A stretch of 64,000 bases of DNA from Heptranchias perlo (Eukaryota), in assembly GCF_035084215.1 (NCBI RefSeq), contig NC_090335.1, forward strand, positions 67,084,001-67,148,000, given 5' to 3'. Shown here in pieces: positions 60,031 to 64,000 of this stretch (the stretch's first letter is position 1; every line of letters starts with the position of its first letter). Below the pieces are notes generated by a model. That model had not been told where the DNA came from, made no database searches, and saw nothing but the letters and a program-made list of their open reading frames with translations. The position numbers and the translations under genes are program-made.

Positions 60031-61399
60031 TTGTCGGAGAAGTGGCAGAGAACTGCCAATAACCATGAGTCTGTGCCTTTGGGAACAGAGGCAAGAACAT
60101 TCAGAATCAGGAATCTTTGTTTGAGCTTTGAATGTATTTATAGAGAATAACCTACTTTGAAGTAACCATTATGCTTAATCATATGACAGGGACGATATGA
60201 TACATCTTTGTGATGGCAGTACTCAGGCTGTTGTAATAGCAGAGAAATGTTAACAAGAATATTTTTGGAAAACTTCTCAGCTTTTATGAAGCAAATTAAA
60301 TTGCACGTTTATACCAAAAGCTCCAGCTTCTAAAAAAGATGAGATATTTGATGTTTAAATAATGAAGGTTTTTGTATGTAATTTTTAATTGTTTGGTACA
60401 CTTTCTTAAGTTGTTGTGCACTACCAGGGACCATTAGGGCAAATTGAGGCAAAAGAACGTACAAGACTGGAAACGATCAGTATAGTCCCTCAGACTGGTC
60501 TAAAAGTTCAGACAGTATAATACACTCTTCTATCTCTCATACCTCAATCACTTCCCTCATCAAATATCCATCCAGCCCCCTGTTGAATTTGCTGACACAA
60601 TCTGCCCTCATTACCTCTACAACACCCTGTTAAATTATGGATTTTTTTCCATGATTTCTCTGTTAATGAGTTTCTGGTACTCAGACTAGATACAGGACAC
60701 CTACCTGATGGATTGGAAACTTTGATTTTTCACGATTAGCATTTGTTCTCCCTTTTCCACTTCTCAAACTGATTGTTGGTATTTAATAGCTATTTGCTCA
60801 TTCTTCAATTCATTTTGTTCACAATAAGGGGTTACTTATATATCAATATTAATAACTAACCAATGCAGTCTGATATAATTTGTCAAATATTCCGCATGAT
60901 GTGGATAAAAGTAACAACAGTGGCCCCTACAGGAGCAGGTGGCAGGGACATCAACACCCGATCAAAACTTCCTTCATGTCAACATGCAGGAGAGGGCAGT
61001 AAAAGAATGAGCTAATGAATTGACAATTTATTCTCTTTTTAAACATTGCTAATACTATGATTTCCTTTGACAGACACATTGATGTCTGGTAGGGTCTTGT
61101 AAAATCTCATCACATTATGTTAGCTCCAAAATCACAAAGATACTGCAGAATACTATACTGAGAAACCAGTATCTTAAATGTAGTATTTTGTGACAATTAT
61201 ATCATAAAAAGATTGGCATTTATATAGCGCCTTATACAACCTCAGGATATCCCAAAGCGCTTTACAGCCAATGAGGTACTTTTGAAATGTGGTCACTGTT
61301 GTTATGTGGGAAATTTGAAGGACAAAGGATTTGCTGGTGTTCTTTACTATTTCTTCTTCTTATTAAATTGGATTATTTCTCAATGAATCTTCAGTTTCA

Positions 61400-61790
61400 G
61401 AGCTCTTCCAATAGCTCAGTGGATAAGTGACTGCCAGGCCACGAAGGTCCTAGGTTCCATTTGATAGTCTGTGCTGAGTTAACTGATCTCAGATGGGCGA
61501 TGATGGGGGTGCTACAATTGACCTCAATCTCCCTAGGGTAGGGAAGGGAAAACCAGTCAGGTCGTCCTAATTGCTGTCAACTGTTGTCAACTGCATGGAT
61601 GTAGACATTGGGTGACAACAGGGTCAGACTCTGCCATTACACTCTCAAAGTCAAACAGCCTACCAACAAGCACTGTCTATACGAAGGCTCACATAAGAAG
61701 TATACTCTTTGGTGAGTTATTGGAGGGCAGCCAGTGCCCATGAAACCACACCCCAGCAAGAGTCAACACTTTCAGGTGAGACAGGGAGAG
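61400..61790 (+). mobile_element. AmnSINE2-like SINE (DeuSINE tail fragment just upstream at 61210-61312)
   Basis: TAGCTCAGTGG head; GTCTGTGCTGAGTTAACTGATCTCAG; GCTACAATTGACCTCA; AAGGCTCACA. Confidence 0.7.
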
Positions 61791-61964
61791 AATTGGAGCT
61801 TCAGTTGAACGTCACTCTCTTGCTTTGTGACAATGTCTTGAATCACAGCCTTGTAGCTGCGTGCCATTTACCTATTATCCTCTATACATTGCACATTATC
61901 TAAAAAGTCTGTGTCCTTGGGTTATCAGCTATTGACTAATTCCTTGAAGTGCTTAATTTTGCAG

Positions 61965-62081
61965 CCAGTCAGGATCAGACCTGGCTAATTATTGCTATTG
62001 TGGTGCCTATTGCTGTGGTTATCCTGCTTATCATACTCATCATAGTGATCGCGTTCTGCATAAAACGAACCAAACACTCCG
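61965..62081 (+). CDS. IGSF5: IGSF5-like exon: transmembrane segment
   Basis: PSQDQTWLIIAIVVPIAVVILLIILIIVIAFCIKRTKHS; TTTTGCAG acceptor, G|GTTAGT donor, 117 nt, phase 1-1. Confidence 0.9.
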
Positions 62082-63241
62082 GTTAGTGGCATTTTTCTAT
62101 CAATCCTTTAAATGCTGATGTACTTACTTAGTTACAACTTTTTTTTATATTGCAATTGTTCTTTGGTTGCACCATATTGGCATACATTACATTCATAATA
62201 CTCAATATATAAGGTCTAATGTGCATATTGGATTGTAGTATTCAGTGAGCTTTACAGTGTTGCTGGTAACCGTGGAGTTTAATTCCAGGTAATACTGGGC
62301 TCTGTGTCAGTACCTAATGAATTTTATCTGTGCTACCAGAACTTTCGACCGTTATCCTGTTCGAATGGGCTGGAGTGATTTATTTTACTTACTGTATTAA
62401 AATCTTTACCATGAAGAAGTTAAGTTCCAACAATGTAAACAGAGATAGGAACATTGTAGTCCATTTGAAAAATACCCCTCAATTGTTCTCTCCGCTAAAT
62501 AACTATCCAGTTCCCTCCTGAATTTGCCAGCACTATACATTCCACTCCCTTTACGGGCAATATGTTCCATATGTTCACCGCCTTCCATGTAAAGTAGTTA
62601 AACCTAGACTGTCTGTTCACCTTTCTTCTTCTGAGCTGAAGTCAGTGCCCCCTGGTTCTAGATAACTACATGATTCATGATCAAAGAAGACATAAGCTGG
62701 TTATCAGGAGGCCAACCGAGAAAGGACCAAAAGGGATTGAATTAACGTCAGTGCAGCACATTGGACCCATTACGTGCTCTGTGAGCCTCACTTAAAGACA
62801 CTACTTTGTCTTTTAAAACTCATTGCACTGTCTCCTGCTCTAACACATTTTTTCCTAAAACTTCGGAACTCCATTCTCCTCTCAGTGGTCCATCTATAGG
62901 TTGTTAACACCCAAGCTTGGGATCGTCTAATCATTAGGTCATGATTTACCACATCCCTTCAGCTTTGGTGGACTTTTGTACTATAGGCTTTGGTCCTTCA
63001 TCTAGACATCACACTTAATAGTGTTAATCTCTCCTCCCTCTACTCCACCCCCAGCCACCCATTACAAACACATTCTCGTACACAGACAGACCCAACGTAC
63101 CACATTTCATGAGAAAAAAAATCCCATATTACAAAATTACAATCCAACTGAGAAATTAGATTGTTAACATAAAAATAAAAGGATACCTTCATGTTTAATT
63201 AAAATCTTAAACTTACAATTGAATTTTTCTTTTCCTCCTAG

Positions 63242-63266
63242 AATCTAGTTATCAGGATGAGATAAG
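63242..63266 (+). CDS. IGSF5: IGSF5-like 25-nt cytoplasmic micro-exon (ESSYQDEIR)
   Basis: Polypyrimidine tract plus CTAG acceptor, AG|GTATGT donor, phase compatible; SYQxEIR resembles the IGSF5 juxtamembrane tail. Confidence 0.8.
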
Positions 63267-64000
63267 GTATGTAAGGACACATTAATTCTTTTAAGGTATG
63301 AATGTTCCAGAAGTGGTAAAGAATCTTTAGAAATGTTTTAGAAATTGCTCAGTGTGGTGTTGACCAGGTGCTCCATAGATTCTGTCTGGAGTCTGTGCTG
63401 AGTTCGATGACTTCAGCCAGGATGGCCTGTTTCTGTGCTGTAAGTTCTACGTAATTAATTCATTACATAAAGGATGATTTGGGACCCTTTATTCCTGTCC
63501 GTGGTGTTGTGTAGAAATTCCTCCGACGTGTTTGGACTCACTGGGTCAGTCTCACTCAACTTGCGATTCTGTGCTGGTGCCATCTGACTCCCTCCCCTCC
63601 CCCCCCCCCCTCCCCCCCCCCCCACCCCAGCCATTGAGAAAAACAACAGCCTTGTTACTCACTCCCAGCCATTTAGAAATCTATTTCAAATATTTCATAT
63701 AAGATTTTTCATTTGTATAAAATCTGTTTTAACACTGCCACTTCTCCTGTTTAATAATTGTAACCTCCTTTTGCCACTCTAAGAAAAATGTCATCGAGGA
63801 AATCTCTTGAGACGACTGTGGATGCTCAGAGAAATTCTGGGCTGGAAAACTTTGGAATGGCAACGGAAAATGTAGATGATTTGCAACCTCCCCCAGGTGG
63901 GTGCTGAACTGTTGAAATGCTTCGTCTCTTCTTTTATAGATGAACATGTATCATTGTGAAAAACATATCACTGGAATCTACCATTTCAGAGGCAGGTTCA

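Overview
Eukaryotic, vertebrate DNA. The repeat repertoire (HER1-type CR1, DeuSINE/SacSINE1-like, AmnSINE2-like, LF-SINE-like, Penelope, Harbinger) points to a cartilaginous fish. About 50 kb is deeply nested transposable elements and three minisatellites. The last 13 kb holds five in-phase coding exons of an IGSF5/JAM4-like gene (signal peptide, two Ig domains, TM segment, start of the cytoplasmic tail). The most striking object is an intact 3.37-kb LINE (7738-11104) with a single APE-RT ORF and no ORF1. It starts with a tRNA-derived head carrying Pol III A/B boxes, has no AUG ahead of the endonuclease, and has no TTTT (Pol III terminator) anywhere on its sense strand. A SINE at 56869-57305 consists of this LINE's 5' ~380 bp joined to its 3' ~105 bp. 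Together these suggest an autonomous, possibly Pol III-transcribed, protein-coding retrotransposon with its own non-autonomous partner. Also notable: Penelope insertions with inverted pLTRs and minimal hammerhead ribozymes (including a 205-bp double-hammerhead hairpin element) and a minisatellite apparently seeded inside a Harbinger transposase. Family names come from motif recognition, not database searches.
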